From Candidatus Bipolaricaulota bacterium (lineage in GTDB: Bacteria > Bipolaricaulota > Bipolaricaulia > Bipolaricaulales > Bipolaricaulaceae), in the NCBI GenBank assembly GCA_014360995.1, contig JACIWL010000003.1, positions 22,127 to 86,126 of the forward strand: DNA of 64,000 nt, read 5' to 3'. The translations under genes and the position numbers were made by a program. This document shows positions 17,606 to 26,298 of this stretch, piece by piece. The notes beneath the pieces were generated by a model. The model was given only the letters and a program-made list of their open reading frames with translations. It ran no database searches and was not told the origin of the DNA. Position 1 is the stretch's first letter, and each line of letters opens with the position of its first letter.

Positions 17606-19492
17606 ATGAAAGGTGTAGCGGGGAAGATCCTTTTTGTGGACCTCTCTTCCGGGGCTATTCGCGTCGAGGAAATTCCTGACAAGGTCTTTCGGCTTTTCTT
17701 GGGGGGCTGGGGGTTGGCGGCGAAACTGGCGTGGGATTTGATCCCCAAGGGTGCGGATCCCCTGGGCCCGGAGAACGTGGTGACCATGGCCCCTGGGCTT
17801 CTCACAGGAACAGGGATCCCCACGGCCTCGAAAACGGCGTTTTCCTTCCGCTCTCCCCTCACTGGGGCCTTATGCCGCTCCATGGCCGGAGCTTGGAGCG
17901 GGGTGGCCTTGCGCAAGGCCGGCTTCGACGCCCTCGTGATCCGGGGTAAGAGCGAAAAACCGGTGGTCCTCATGATCGAAGACGGAATCGCCCGTCTTGA
18001 GCCCGCCGGCGATCTTTGGGGCCTAGATACCCGCGCCACCCGCCGGGCCCTTCTGGAACGCTATGGAGAGGGCATCCGCACCGCCCTCATTGGCCCCGCG
18101 GGGGAAAAACTCTCCTGGATCGCCACCATCGAGTGCGACGGCCGTCAGGCCGGAAGGGGCGGCGGCGGGGCCGTACTCGGCGCAAAAAAGCTCAAGGCCA
18201 TCGTGGTGAAGGGCACAGGGGAAGTCCCCATGGCCGATCCACAAAAGGTCAAGGAGCTCATCCGCCACTGGAACGAGATCATCCGCAAGCACCCTGTGAC
18301 TGAGGCGGACATGAAATATGGCTCAGGGGAGTTCCTGGACTGGATGAACCGAGTTTCCGGGACTTTTCCTTCCCGTAACTGGCAGTGGGGATACTTCAAA
18401 AGCGCCTATGAGAGGGCCAAGGAGGGGAAGATCGAGCTTGACCCTTACTATTGGGCGCCGAAGTACTCCAAGAGGAACGTGGCCTGCCCGTTTTGCACCA
18501 AGCCTTGCGGCCAGCTTTTTGTCGTGGAAAAAGGGAAGTATGGCCCCATCGAGGTGGACGGGCCGGAGTACGAGACCCTCTACTCCCTGGGCGGGGCGCC
18601 GGAAATCGCGGAGATCGAGGCTGTGGCCAAGGCCAACGAGATCTGCGACCTCCTTGGTCTTGACACAATTTCCGCTGGCCTCACCGTGGCCTGGGCCATG
18701 GAGGCCGTGGAACGGGGCTACCTAAAACCGGCAGATCTGGACGGAATCGATCTGCGCTTTGGAGATGCCGAGGCCATGCTGAAGGTTCTGGAGAGGATGG
18801 GCCGGCGGGAGGGGAAGGTCGGGGAGCTTCTTTCCGACGGGTCCCGGGCCGCGGCGAAAAAACTTGGAAAGGGCGAAGAGTTCGCCATCCACATAAAGGG
18901 CATGGAGCTTCCTGCCTACGACATCCGCGGCTCCAAGGGGGTGGCCTTGGCCTTCGCCGTGGCCTTCCGTGGCGGAGACCACCTCACCGCCGGGGTCTAT
19001 GGCACCGAATACGGCGGGGCCTGGTGGAAGTTTGAGGCCGTGGATCGCCGAAGCCTCCGAGGCAAAGGCTTTGAAGTGAAACTCCACGAGGACCTCATGG
19101 CCCTCTACGACGCTCTTGGGGTGTGCAAGTTCTCCCGCCACATCTTCTTCCTCGAGGCCTTCCCGGAAATGGTGGCTGCCCAGACCGGGCTAGAGCTCAC
19201 CATGGCCGAGCTCCTCACCGTAGGGGAGCGCATCTACAACTTGGCCCGGGCGTTTAACGTCCGGGAGGGCTTGTCACGGCGGGACGACCATCTCCCCCAC
19301 CGGGTAATGAATGAGCCCATTCCCGAGGGGCCTTCCGCGGGAGACCGCGTCTCCTACGAGGAGCTGCAAAAGCTCTTGGACGATTACTACGAAGCCCGGG
19401 GCTGGAGCAGGGAAGGGATACCGCTTAAAGCGCGCCTCGTCTCCTTGGATCTTGCGGAGGTGGCCGAGGCCGTGGGCGCCAAGGGCGTTTAA
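17606..19492 (+). CDS. aor: aldehyde:ferredoxin oxidoreductase (tungstopterin AOR family)
   Basis: MKGVAGKILFVDLSSG..., AOR N-terminal and alpha-helical domains. ATG 17606 follows AAGGGGG. Confidence 0.9.
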   Translation: MKGVAGKILFVDLSSGAIRVEEIPDKVFRLFLGGWGLAAKLAWDLIPKGADPLGPENVVTMAPGLLTGTGIPTASKTAFSFRSPLTGALCRSMAGAWSGVALRKAGFDALVIRGKSEKPVVLMIEDGIARLEPAGDLWGLDTRATRRALLERYGEGIRTALIGPAGEKLSWIATIECDGRQAGRGGGGAVLGAKKLKAIVVKGTGEVPMADPQKVKELIRHWNEIIRKHPVTEADMKYGSGEFLDWMNRVSGTFPSRNWQWGYFKSAYERAKEGKIELDPYYWAPKYSKRNVACPFCTKPCGQLFVVEKGKYGPIEVDGPEYETLYSLGGAPEIAEIEAVAKANEICDLLGLDTISAGLTVAWAMEAVERGYLKPADLDGIDLRFGDAEAMLKVLERMGRREGKVGELLSDGSRAAAKKLGKGEEFAIHIKGMELPAYDIRGSKGVALAFAVAFRGGDHLTAGVYGTEYGGAWWKFEAVDRRSLRGKGFEVKLHEDLMALYDALGVCKFSRHIFFLEAFPEMVAAQTGLELTMAELLTVGERIYNLARAFNVREGLSRRDDHLPHRVMNEPIPEGPSAGDRVSYEELQKLLDDYYEARGWSREGIPLKARLVSLDLAEVAEAVGAKGV

Positions 19493-19505
19493 ATCCCGAC
19501 GAAGG

Positions 19506-20771
19506 CTAAGAAAGGAAGTCCCTGGGACGGGCCAAAAATTCGGGAAGGGGAAGGGTTGAGCTCGTTCCCGAGCGAAGATCTTTCAGGTTGACCTTTCCCT
19601 GGGAAAGTTCGTCCGGGCCAAGAAGAAGGGCATAGCGGGCCCTTCTTGCGGCAACGCTCATGACCTTGCGCAAAGAACGCCCCATGTAATCCAAATCCGT
19701 CGCTATCCCCAAGCGGCGAAGGGAAGCCAGAATCTCCAAGGCTTTCCTTCGCCCTTCTTCTCCAATGGGCACTAAATACACATCGAGGTCCGGGGCCTCG
19801 GCGTCCACAGGCCGATTTTGGGAGAGGACGAGGACCAGGCGCTCCATGCCCCCGGCGAAGCCCACCCCTGGAGTGGGAGGGCCGCCCAAGAGCTCCACCA
19901 GGTCGTCGTAACGGCCCCCGCCCAAAAGGGCGTCCTGGGCCCCAAGCTCCCGGGAGCAGAGCTCAAATACGGTGCGGGTGTAATAGTCAATCCCCCGCAC
20001 AAGCCGGGGGTCAAGCTCATAGGAAAGCCCAAGGTCGCGAAGGATGGAAAGGAGCTCCTCGAAGTGTTCTCGGCACTTTTCGCAGAGATAATCGAGGCTC
20101 TTTGGGGCTCCGGTGATGGCCCCTTGGCACTGGGGTTCTTTACAGTCCAAGATCCGCAAGGGGTTTTCCTCAAGGCGCCGCTGGCAGTCCAGGCAGAGCT
20201 TCTCTTTTTGCCCGGAAAAATAGGAGCGCAGGGCCTCGCGATAAAGGGGCCGGTCCTCGCGGCAGCCGATGGAATTAAGCCTGAGAAAAAGCCCCTCCCG
20301 GGAAAGGCCCACCCTCTCCATGAGGTGCCAAGCGAGATCGATCACCTCCGCGTCCAGGGCGGGGTCCAATGATCCCAGCGCTTCCACGCCGTATTGGTGG
20401 AACTGGCGCTGCCTTCCTCGTTGGGGCTTTTCGTAGCGGAACATGGGGCCAATGTAGTAGAGCTTGGCCAGATCCCCTTTGGCATAAAGCCCGTGCTCGA
20501 TATAGGCGCGCACCACGGAGGCCGTGGCCTCCGGCCGCAGGGCCAGCATCTGCCCCTTCTTGTCGGGGAAGACGTACATCTCCTTGTGCACGATGTCCGT
20601 GGCCTCACCCACCGTGCGGGAAAAAAGTTCTGCTAGCTCCAAAAGGGGTAGCCTTATTTCTCTATAGCCGTACAAAGAAAAAACGCTGCGGATCTCGTTC
20701 TCGAGTTTCTGCCAAAGGCCGGCCTCCTCGGGGAGGATATCCCGCATGCCCCGGACGCTTTCCACCTTCAT
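19506..20771 (-). CDS. hisS: histidine--tRNA ligase
   Basis: 421 aa. GMRDILPEE, MFRYEKPQRGRQRQFHQ and GGGRYD class II HisRS motifs. Confidence 0.92.
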   Translation of the reverse strand: MKVESVRGMRDILPEEAGLWQKLENEIRSVFSLYGYREIRLPLLELAELFSRTVGEATDIVHKEMYVFPDKKGQMLALRPEATASVVRAYIEHGLYAKGDLAKLYYIGPMFRYEKPQRGRQRQFHQYGVEALGSLDPALDAEVIDLAWHLMERVGLSREGLFLRLNSIGCREDRPLYREALRSYFSGQKEKLCLDCQRRLEENPLRILDCKEPQCQGAITGAPKSLDYLCEKCREHFEELLSILRDLGLSYELDPRLVRGIDYYTRTVFELCSRELGAQDALLGGGRYDDLVELLGGPPTPGVGFAGGMERLVLVLSQNRPVDAEAPDLDVYLVPIGEEGRRKALEILASLRRLGIATDLDYMGRSLRKVMSVAARRARYALLLGPDELSQGKVNLKDLRSGTSSTLPLPEFLARPRDFLS

Positions 20772-21235
20772 TTCTTGAACTCCCGCTCCAGGTTGAGTAT
20801 CTCCACCAGGGCTTCGGCGGCCTGGGCCCCTTTGTTTCCGGCCTTTCCGCCGGCCCGCTCCAGCGCCTGGTCGAAGGTGTCGGCGGTGAGGACGCCAAAG
20901 GTCACGGGGACAGGACCCTCCAGGGCCAGTTTCGCCAGTCCCTTGGCCACTTCGGCGGCAATGTACTCAAAGTGAGGAGTTTCCCCGCGCACCACCGCCG
21001 CCAAAGCCACCACTCCGTCCACCTTCCCGCTTTCCCCCAAGATCCGCACGGCCCGGGGAAGCTCAAACGCCCCCGGCACCCATAGGACCACCATGTCCTC
21101 GTCCCGCACCCCAAGACGGCGCAGGCGATCCTGGGCTCCAGCCAAAAGCTCCCGTGTTACAAGCTCGTTGAACCGGGAGACCACAAGCCCGATGCGCAGC
21201 CCCCGCCCATCCAGCCTCCCCTCAAACACCGGCAT
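20768..21235 (-). CDS. ribH: 6,7-dimethyl-8-ribityllumazine synthase
   Basis: 155 aa. IGLVVSRFN, VPGAFELP and TPHFEY motifs. Confidence 0.92.
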   Translation of the reverse strand: MPVFEGRLDGRGLRIGLVVSRFNELVTRELLAGAQDRLRRLGVRDEDMVVLWVPGAFELPRAVRILGESGKVDGVVALAAVVRGETPHFEYIAAEVAKGLAKLALEGPVPVTFGVLTADTFDQALERAGGKAGNKGAQAAEALVEILNLEREFKK

Positions 21236-21244
21236 ACTCCCTCC

Positions 21245-22450
21245 TTACACGCTTTTTAGCTCATGCCCAAGCTTTTCTTTTTTGGTCCGAAGATAGCGCT
21301 GGTTGTAGGGGTTGGGCTCGACCTCGATGGGGACCCGTTCCATAATCTCTAGGCCGTATCCGGAAAGGGCGGCGATCTTTTTGGGGTTGTTCGTAAGAAG
21401 CCGAATCCTTCGCACCCCGAGGTCCACGAGGATTTGCGCGCCAATTCCATAATCCCGGAGATCCGGAGGATAGCCAAGCCTCAAGTTGGCCTCCACTGTG
21501 TCCAGACCTTGATCTTGGAGGTGGTAGGCGCAAACTTTATTTACAAGGCCGATCCCGCGGCCCTCGTGCTGGCGCATATACAACACCACGCCCTTTCCTT
21601 CCTTTTCCACCATCTCCATGGCCCGGTGGAGCTGGTCCCCGCAGTCGCAGCGCAACGAGCCCAAGGCATCCCCGGTAAGGCACTCCGAGTGCACCCGCAC
21701 CAAAACCGGCTCCTCCCCGTTCAGCTCCCCTTTCACCAGGGCCACGTGCTCAAAGCCCGAGATCTTGTCGCGGTAGGTGATGATGCGGAAGTTCCCGTAC
21801 CGGGTGGGAAGGTCGGCTTCGCACACCCGCTCCACCAGTTTCTCCCTCTTTTTGCGCCAGGCGATGAGGTCGGCGATGGTGAGGATGAGGAGGCCGTGTT
21901 TTTCCGCGAACTTCATGAGGTCGGGAAGGCGAGCCATGGTCCCGTCCTCGTTCATGATCTCGCAGATGACCCCGACAGGGTTCAGGCCGGCTAGGCGGCA
22001 AAGGTCCACGGCGGCCTCGGTGTGGCCGGCCCGGCGCAGCACCCCCCCGTCTTTGGCGATCAAGGGGAACACGTGGCCGGGCCGCACCAAATCCTCCGGA
22101 CGGGAGTGGGGGTCCGCCAAGACCCGGATGGTCCGGCAGCGATCATGGGCAGAGATCCCCGTGGTTATTCCCTCCCGGGCATCCACGGACACGGTGAACG
22201 CTGTTTCGTGGCTATCCCGCGGGGGGTTCACCATGAGGGGAAGATCCAGGCGCTCCGCCCACTCTCGGCTCATGGGGACGCAAAGGAGCCCCCGGCCTTC
22301 CTTGATCATGAAGTTGATGGCCTCGGGCGTGGCCTTCTCCGCGGCCATCACCAAATCCCCTTCATTTTCGCGATCCTCGTCGTCCACGACGATGATCATC
22401 CGGCCAGATCTTATGGCCTCTACCGCCTCCTCCACTGTGGCCAGCCTCAT
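21245..22450 (-). CDS. ribBA: bifunctional 3,4-dihydroxy-2-butanone-4-phosphate synthase / GTP cyclohydrolase II
   Basis: 401 aa. [11 protein letters not shown] (DHBP synthase) and HSECLTGD...C.CG.QL (GCH II) motifs. Confidence 0.92.
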   Translation of the reverse strand: MRLATVEEAVEAIRSGRMIIVVDDEDRENEGDLVMAAEKATPEAINFMIKEGRGLLCVPMSREWAERLDLPLMVNPPRDSHETAFTVSVDAREGITTGISAHDRCRTIRVLADPHSRPEDLVRPGHVFPLIAKDGGVLRRAGHTEAAVDLCRLAGLNPVGVICEIMNEDGTMARLPDLMKFAEKHGLLILTIADLIAWRKKREKLVERVCEADLPTRYGNFRIITYRDKISGFEHVALVKGELNGEEPVLVRVHSECLTGDALGSLRCDCGDQLHRAMEMVEKEGKGVVLYMRQHEGRGIGLVNKVCAYHLQDQGLDTVEANLRLGYPPDLRDYGIGAQILVDLGVRRIRLLTNNPKKIAALSGYGLEIMERVPIEVEPNPYNQRYLRTKKEKLGHELKSV

Positions 22451-23016
22451 TTCTCCCTCCAGCGTCGCAGGTATTTTGCCAAGATGTCGAACTCCAGGTT
22501 TACCCGGCTCCCCACCCGGCGGAATTTCAGGTTCGTGTGGGAATAAGTGTAGGGGACAATGGCGCAGCGGAAAGTCCCCTCTCCCACAGAAAAGGGGGTA
22601 AGGCTGATCCCATCCACGGCCACCGAGCCTTTATCGGCAAGCAGTTCGTCGAACCTTGGGTCGAAGGATACCTCCAAGAGGAAGTCCTCGCCGCGGTGGG
22701 AAAGGAGCGTGATTTTCCCCACAGTATCCACATGGCCCAGCACAAAATGCCCGCCCAGCTCGTCCCCGGCGCGCAAAGAAGGCTCGAGGTTCACCCAGTC
22801 CCCGGGCCGAAGGTCCCCGAGGTTCGTGCGGGAAAGGGTCTCCCAAGAAAGATCGAACCCCAAAAGCCCCTCGGAGAGGGCGGAGACAGTTAGGCAGACC
22901 CCGTTTACGGCCACGCTGGCCCCAAGGCCTTCTTTGAAATCCTTCGCGGAGATCCAAAGCCGGCGCGGTTCCACCCGCGCCACCCTTCCTACCGCCCGGA
23001 CGATCCCAGTGAACAC
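22447..23016 (-). CDS. ribE: riboflavin synthase alpha subunit
   Basis: A GTG start at 23016 gives the canonical MFTGIV N-terminus (the listed TTG is one codon upstream). Internally duplicated lumazine-binding halves. Confidence 0.9.
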   Translation of the reverse strand: MFTGIVRAVGRVARVEPRRLWISAKDFKEGLGASVAVNGVCLTVSALSEGLLGFDLSWETLSRTNLGDLRPGDWVNLEPSLRAGDELGGHFVLGHVDTVGKITLLSHRGEDFLLEVSFDPRFDELLADKGSVAVDGISLTPFSVGEGTFRCAIVPYTYSHTNLKFRRVGSRVNLEFDILAKYLRRWREK

Positions 23017-23073
23017 CAAAAAGTTTACCTCATTGTTGCAGAGCTAAGGAACAGTCGGTAAAGTCCTCGCGCC

Positions 23074-24531
23074 ATGGTCAAGGCCTTGTCCTTTGCTCTT
23101 TTCTTCGTGGTGGGAGCTTTGGCTGGAGGGACGCCGGAGATGACCACCCTCCTCATTGATGGCCAGGAGGTGGTTCAGGTCACCACCGGCCTTGTGCGCT
23201 ACCAATTCGCCGAAAAGGGCGGGGTTCTGCGCAGCGCCTACATCCACTTCTCCACCTACGGAACAAATCCGCTCGAGGTCGTCCCCGGCTGGACGGGAAC
23301 AACGTTGTCCCCAGGGGTGAGCCTCCCCTTTGAAGTCTGGGTTGGGGAAACCCCGGTTTGGGAAAATTATGCCGTCCAAACGGAAAAGTTAGGGAAAAAT
23401 GCGATTTCTCTCATCTTTTCCTTGGCGAGCGCGGAGGTAAAAGCGCGCAAGGAATTCGTCCTCGTTCAAGATGCTCTCTACACTGGGAATTTTGCGGTTT
23501 CTGTGGAGGGAGAGGGTCCGGTAAGGTTGATCCTCGGCCATCTTCCCGCCGGGCGCGATGCGCCCGAGCTCGTTTACGTCTACGACGGGAAGTTGCACAA
23601 AGCCCCCCTTGCCCCTGGCACTTACGCCCGCTTTGAGGGGCTTGGCCTTGTGGGTGGAGAAGCGGTTTTCTTCTTCCGCCTGGAGGAAGGCGAGGCTCAG
23701 CCCTTTTTGGGAAGGAATAATTTTGGCCAACCCGTCATTGGTCTAGAGGCGCAGGACACCCTTCAGGTGAAGGGGTTCTTCTACACGGGCCGGAACCGCT
23801 ATGTTCTCCTTGTTGATGCCGGCCTTGCCCCTCTGGCGAGCTCCGGGCCCTTCACCACCGTTTTGGTAGGGGTGATTCGCTTTTTCGAGTGGCTTTATCG
23901 CCTCACTGGGAACTACGGCTGGGCCATAATCCTTTTTACCATCATCACCCGCCTCGTCCTTTATCCCCTCATGCGCAACCAGTACCGATCCATGGCGAAG
24001 ATGCAAAAACTGGCCCCGAAGATCAAAAAGATCCAAGAGCGTTTCAAAGACGACCGCGAGGCCCTTCAGCGCCAGCTCCTTGAGCTTTATCGGCAAGAGA
24101 AGGTCAACCCCTTGGGCGGATGCCTCCCCATGCTCCTCCAATTCCCCATCCTCATCCTCCTCTGGCAGGCCATCATGTATTCCGCGGAGAAGATCCACCT
24201 CTCCCCGGGGTTTCTCTGGATCTCCGACCTCTCCAAACCCGACCCCTACTACCTTTTGGTGATTTTGGGCACTGGGGTGCAGATCCTTTACACGTGGTAC
24301 ACCCAGCGCCGCATGCCTCAAGAGGTCCCGGGCGGCTCCCAATTCCTGGGGTACGTCTTCCCCCTCGTCATGGCCGTGCTCTTCTTGAGTTTTCCCGCGG
24401 GCCTTTGGCTTTATTGGACCTTCACCACCATCGTTCAATTTGCCCAGCAACTTGTCATCGATTGGGAGATGGCCCGGGAAGAGGGGCGGAAAGCCCTGGA
24501 GGCAGGAAAAGATGGAGGAGAAGGTTCGTGA
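23074..24531 (+). CDS. yidC: membrane protein insertase YidC
   Basis: 485 aa with a large N-terminal exported domain followed by the 60-kDa IMP core (GWAIILFTIITRLVLYPL, LGGCLPMLLQFPI). Confidence 0.9.
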   Translation: MVKALSFALFFVVGALAGGTPEMTTLLIDGQEVVQVTTGLVRYQFAEKGGVLRSAYIHFSTYGTNPLEVVPGWTGTTLSPGVSLPFEVWVGETPVWENYAVQTEKLGKNAISLIFSLASAEVKARKEFVLVQDALYTGNFAVSVEGEGPVRLILGHLPAGRDAPELVYVYDGKLHKAPLAPGTYARFEGLGLVGGEAVFFFRLEEGEAQPFLGRNNFGQPVIGLEAQDTLQVKGFFYTGRNRYVLLVDAGLAPLASSGPFTTVLVGVIRFFEWLYRLTGNYGWAIILFTIITRLVLYPLMRNQYRSMAKMQKLAPKIKKIQERFKDDREALQRQLLELYRQEKVNPLGGCLPMLLQFPILILLWQAIMYSAEKIHLSPGFLWISDLSKPDPYYLLVILGTGVQILYTWYTQRRMPQEVPGGSQFLGYVFPLVMAVLFLSFPAGLWLYWTFTTIVQFAQQLVIDWEMAREEGRKALEAGKDGGEGS

Positions 24532-24988
24532 GGCTCTGCTCCGCTTTTTCTCCGGTCTCCTTGAGGTTTTAGGGGAAGAGGGAAAGGTGGAGGTGCGGGA
24601 GGAAGCGGGGGCGGTGTACGTAAACCTCTTGGGCCGCTTCAAGAGCCTGGCCCAAGAGGACGAGGAGCTGCGCGCGGCATTGGCCAGGCTCGCCGGCCTT
24701 CACCTCAAGGTCACCCTGCGAGAAACCGTGAACCTGGAAGTGGACATCAACGGGCAAGAAGAGGGGCGACGGAAGAAGCTTTTGGCCCGGGCTTTGGCCT
24801 TGGCCCAGCGGGTGAGGGAGGAAAAGCGCAGCATAGAACTGGAACCCATGCCTCCCAAGGACCGCCGCCTCATCCACTTGGCGTTGGCCAATTTCCCCGG
24901 CGTCCGCACTTATTCCGTGGGAAAAGGGGAGGATCGCCGCGTGGTGATCGCTCCCGCAGAGGCTAGCGGCTCCGAAGCCGCTCGCTAA
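24512..24988 (+). CDS. jag: Jag/KhpB-like RNA-binding protein (KH + R3H)
   Basis: R3H block RRLIHLALANFPGVRTYSVGKGEDRRVVI. ATG 24512 lies inside the yidC 3' end, the usual yidC-jag arrangement. Confidence 0.8.
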   Translation: MEEKVREALLRFFSGLLEVLGEEGKVEVREEAGAVYVNLLGRFKSLAQEDEELRAALARLAGLHLKVTLRETVNLEVDINGQEEGRRKKLLARALALAQRVREEKRSIELEPMPPKDRRLIHLALANFPGVRTYSVGKGEDRRVVIAPAEASGSEAAR

Positions 24989-25904
24989 GCCGCGTTAAGC
25001 CCCAAAGTATCGGGCCGGCAATGCACATGGAGGAATAGGTTCCCACCACCACCCCACACAACATGGCCACCATGAACTCCCGCAGGGCCACCCCGGCCGC
25101 CACAAGGAGGACCACTACCGGGATCATCGTGGTGCCGGAGGTGTTGAGGGCCCTGGTCAAGGACTGGTTGAGGGAGCGGTTTATCACTTCCCAAAGGGGC
25201 GTTTTCTTCTGTAAACGCAGGTTTTCCCGCACCCTATCAAACACCACGATCGTGGCGTTGATGGAATACCCCACCACCGTGAGCAAAGCAGCAATCACCG
25301 GGAGGTTGATCTCAAGCCTTGCCACGCTGAATACCCCCAAAGTGATGATCACGTCATGCAAAAGGGTCAAAACAGCGGCAATGCCGTAGCGCAGGCGGAA
25401 ACGCACAGCAATGTACACTAGCATCCCCGCCAAAGCCACAAGGATCGCTTGCCAAGCGCGATTCACGATCTCCCGGGAAACCTGGGCACCTATGGTGGTG
25501 ATGCTGTACTCAAACGGCGCGACCAGCCCAATTTCCGGTCGAGGTTTGACCAGCCTCTCCCGGACCCTTTCCGCTACCTCTTCTTCCGTGGTTTTAACGG
25601 TGATGCTCACTCCAGGAAGTTCCATCCTTTGTCCCCGCTCGTCCGTTCGTTCTGCTGACAACCGCTGGAGGTAAAAACTGGCTTTAGTTCCGATCTCGTC
25701 CAACGTGGCCTGCACTTGAGCCCGGATCTGAGAAAGGTCCACCTCTGTCCCCGCGGGATAAAGGAGGGTCAGTTGCAGTCCACCGGTGAAATCGATGCCG
25801 GGATGTAGTCCCAGTGCTACTAAGGCGATGATCGACCCCACAAAAAGAACAAGAGAGACGAGGCCAAAGAGCTTGGCCTTGCCCATGAAGTCGATCTGGC
25901 CCAT
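24963..25904 (-). CDS. secF: protein translocase subunit SecF
   Basis: 313 aa. GIDFTGG near the N-terminus and six TM spans of SecF type. No secD is adjacent. Confidence 0.9.
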   Translation of the reverse strand: MGQIDFMGKAKLFGLVSLVLFVGSIIALVALGLHPGIDFTGGLQLTLLYPAGTEVDLSQIRAQVQATLDEIGTKASFYLQRLSAERTDERGQRMELPGVSITVKTTEEEVAERVRERLVKPRPEIGLVAPFEYSITTIGAQVSREIVNRAWQAILVALAGMLVYIAVRFRLRYGIAAVLTLLHDVIITLGVFSVARLEINLPVIAALLTVVGYSINATIVVFDRVRENLRLQKKTPLWEVINRSLNQSLTRALNTSGTTMIPVVVLLVAAGVALREFMVAMLCGVVVGTYSSMCIAGPILWGLTRLSERLRSR

Positions 25905-25907
25905 GGC

Positions 25908-26168
25908 CTAACCCCCGAAGGCCTTAGCTGCCAGGCGGGATTTGAGGCGGGCCGCCTTATTGGGGTGAATAGTGCCGCGGATGGCCGCCTTGTCCACGGC
26001 CTTTTGGAACATGGAGAAGGCGCGCCGTGCTCCCTCCAAATCCCCGCTTTGCGCCAGCCGCAAGACCTCTCGCCGCCAGTAGCGGATCGCGCTCTTCCTC
26101 AACTCATTGCGCCGACGCCGCACTAGACTCTTCCGTAGTGCTTTTTTCGCTGATTTTGTGACCGGAAT
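25908..26168 (-). CDS. rpsT: 30S ribosomal protein S20 (start codon uncertain)
   Basis: S20 homology begins at ..VTKSAKKALRKSLVRRRRN. The only in-frame candidate near that point is ATT at 26166-26168, 6 nt after AGGGGGGA. The next canonical start is ATG at 26298-26300, which adds 44 residues. Confidence 0.75.
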   Translation of the reverse strand: MPVTKSAKKALRKSLVRRRRNELRKSAIRYWRREVLRLAQSGDLEGARRAFSMFQKAVDKAAIRGTIHPNKAARLKSRLAAKAFGG

Positions 26169-26298
26169 AACACATCCCCCCTTTAGCCTGGGAATCCAAG
26201 GACGAAGCTTATCCCAAGGGCAGGGTTTCGCAACCGAGGACCAGTGACGAACGTCCTCTTGGCAAGGGCTAAGGCTCGCGGTACTCTCGAGCTCGGCC

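Noticed and set aside
23017-23073. Expected FMN riboswitch ahead of the rib operon, and glycine riboswitch ahead of gcvH (52941-52952)
   Set aside because: The upstream intergenic spaces are only 57 nt and 12 nt, too short for either aptamer, and no conserved aptamer motifs were seen.
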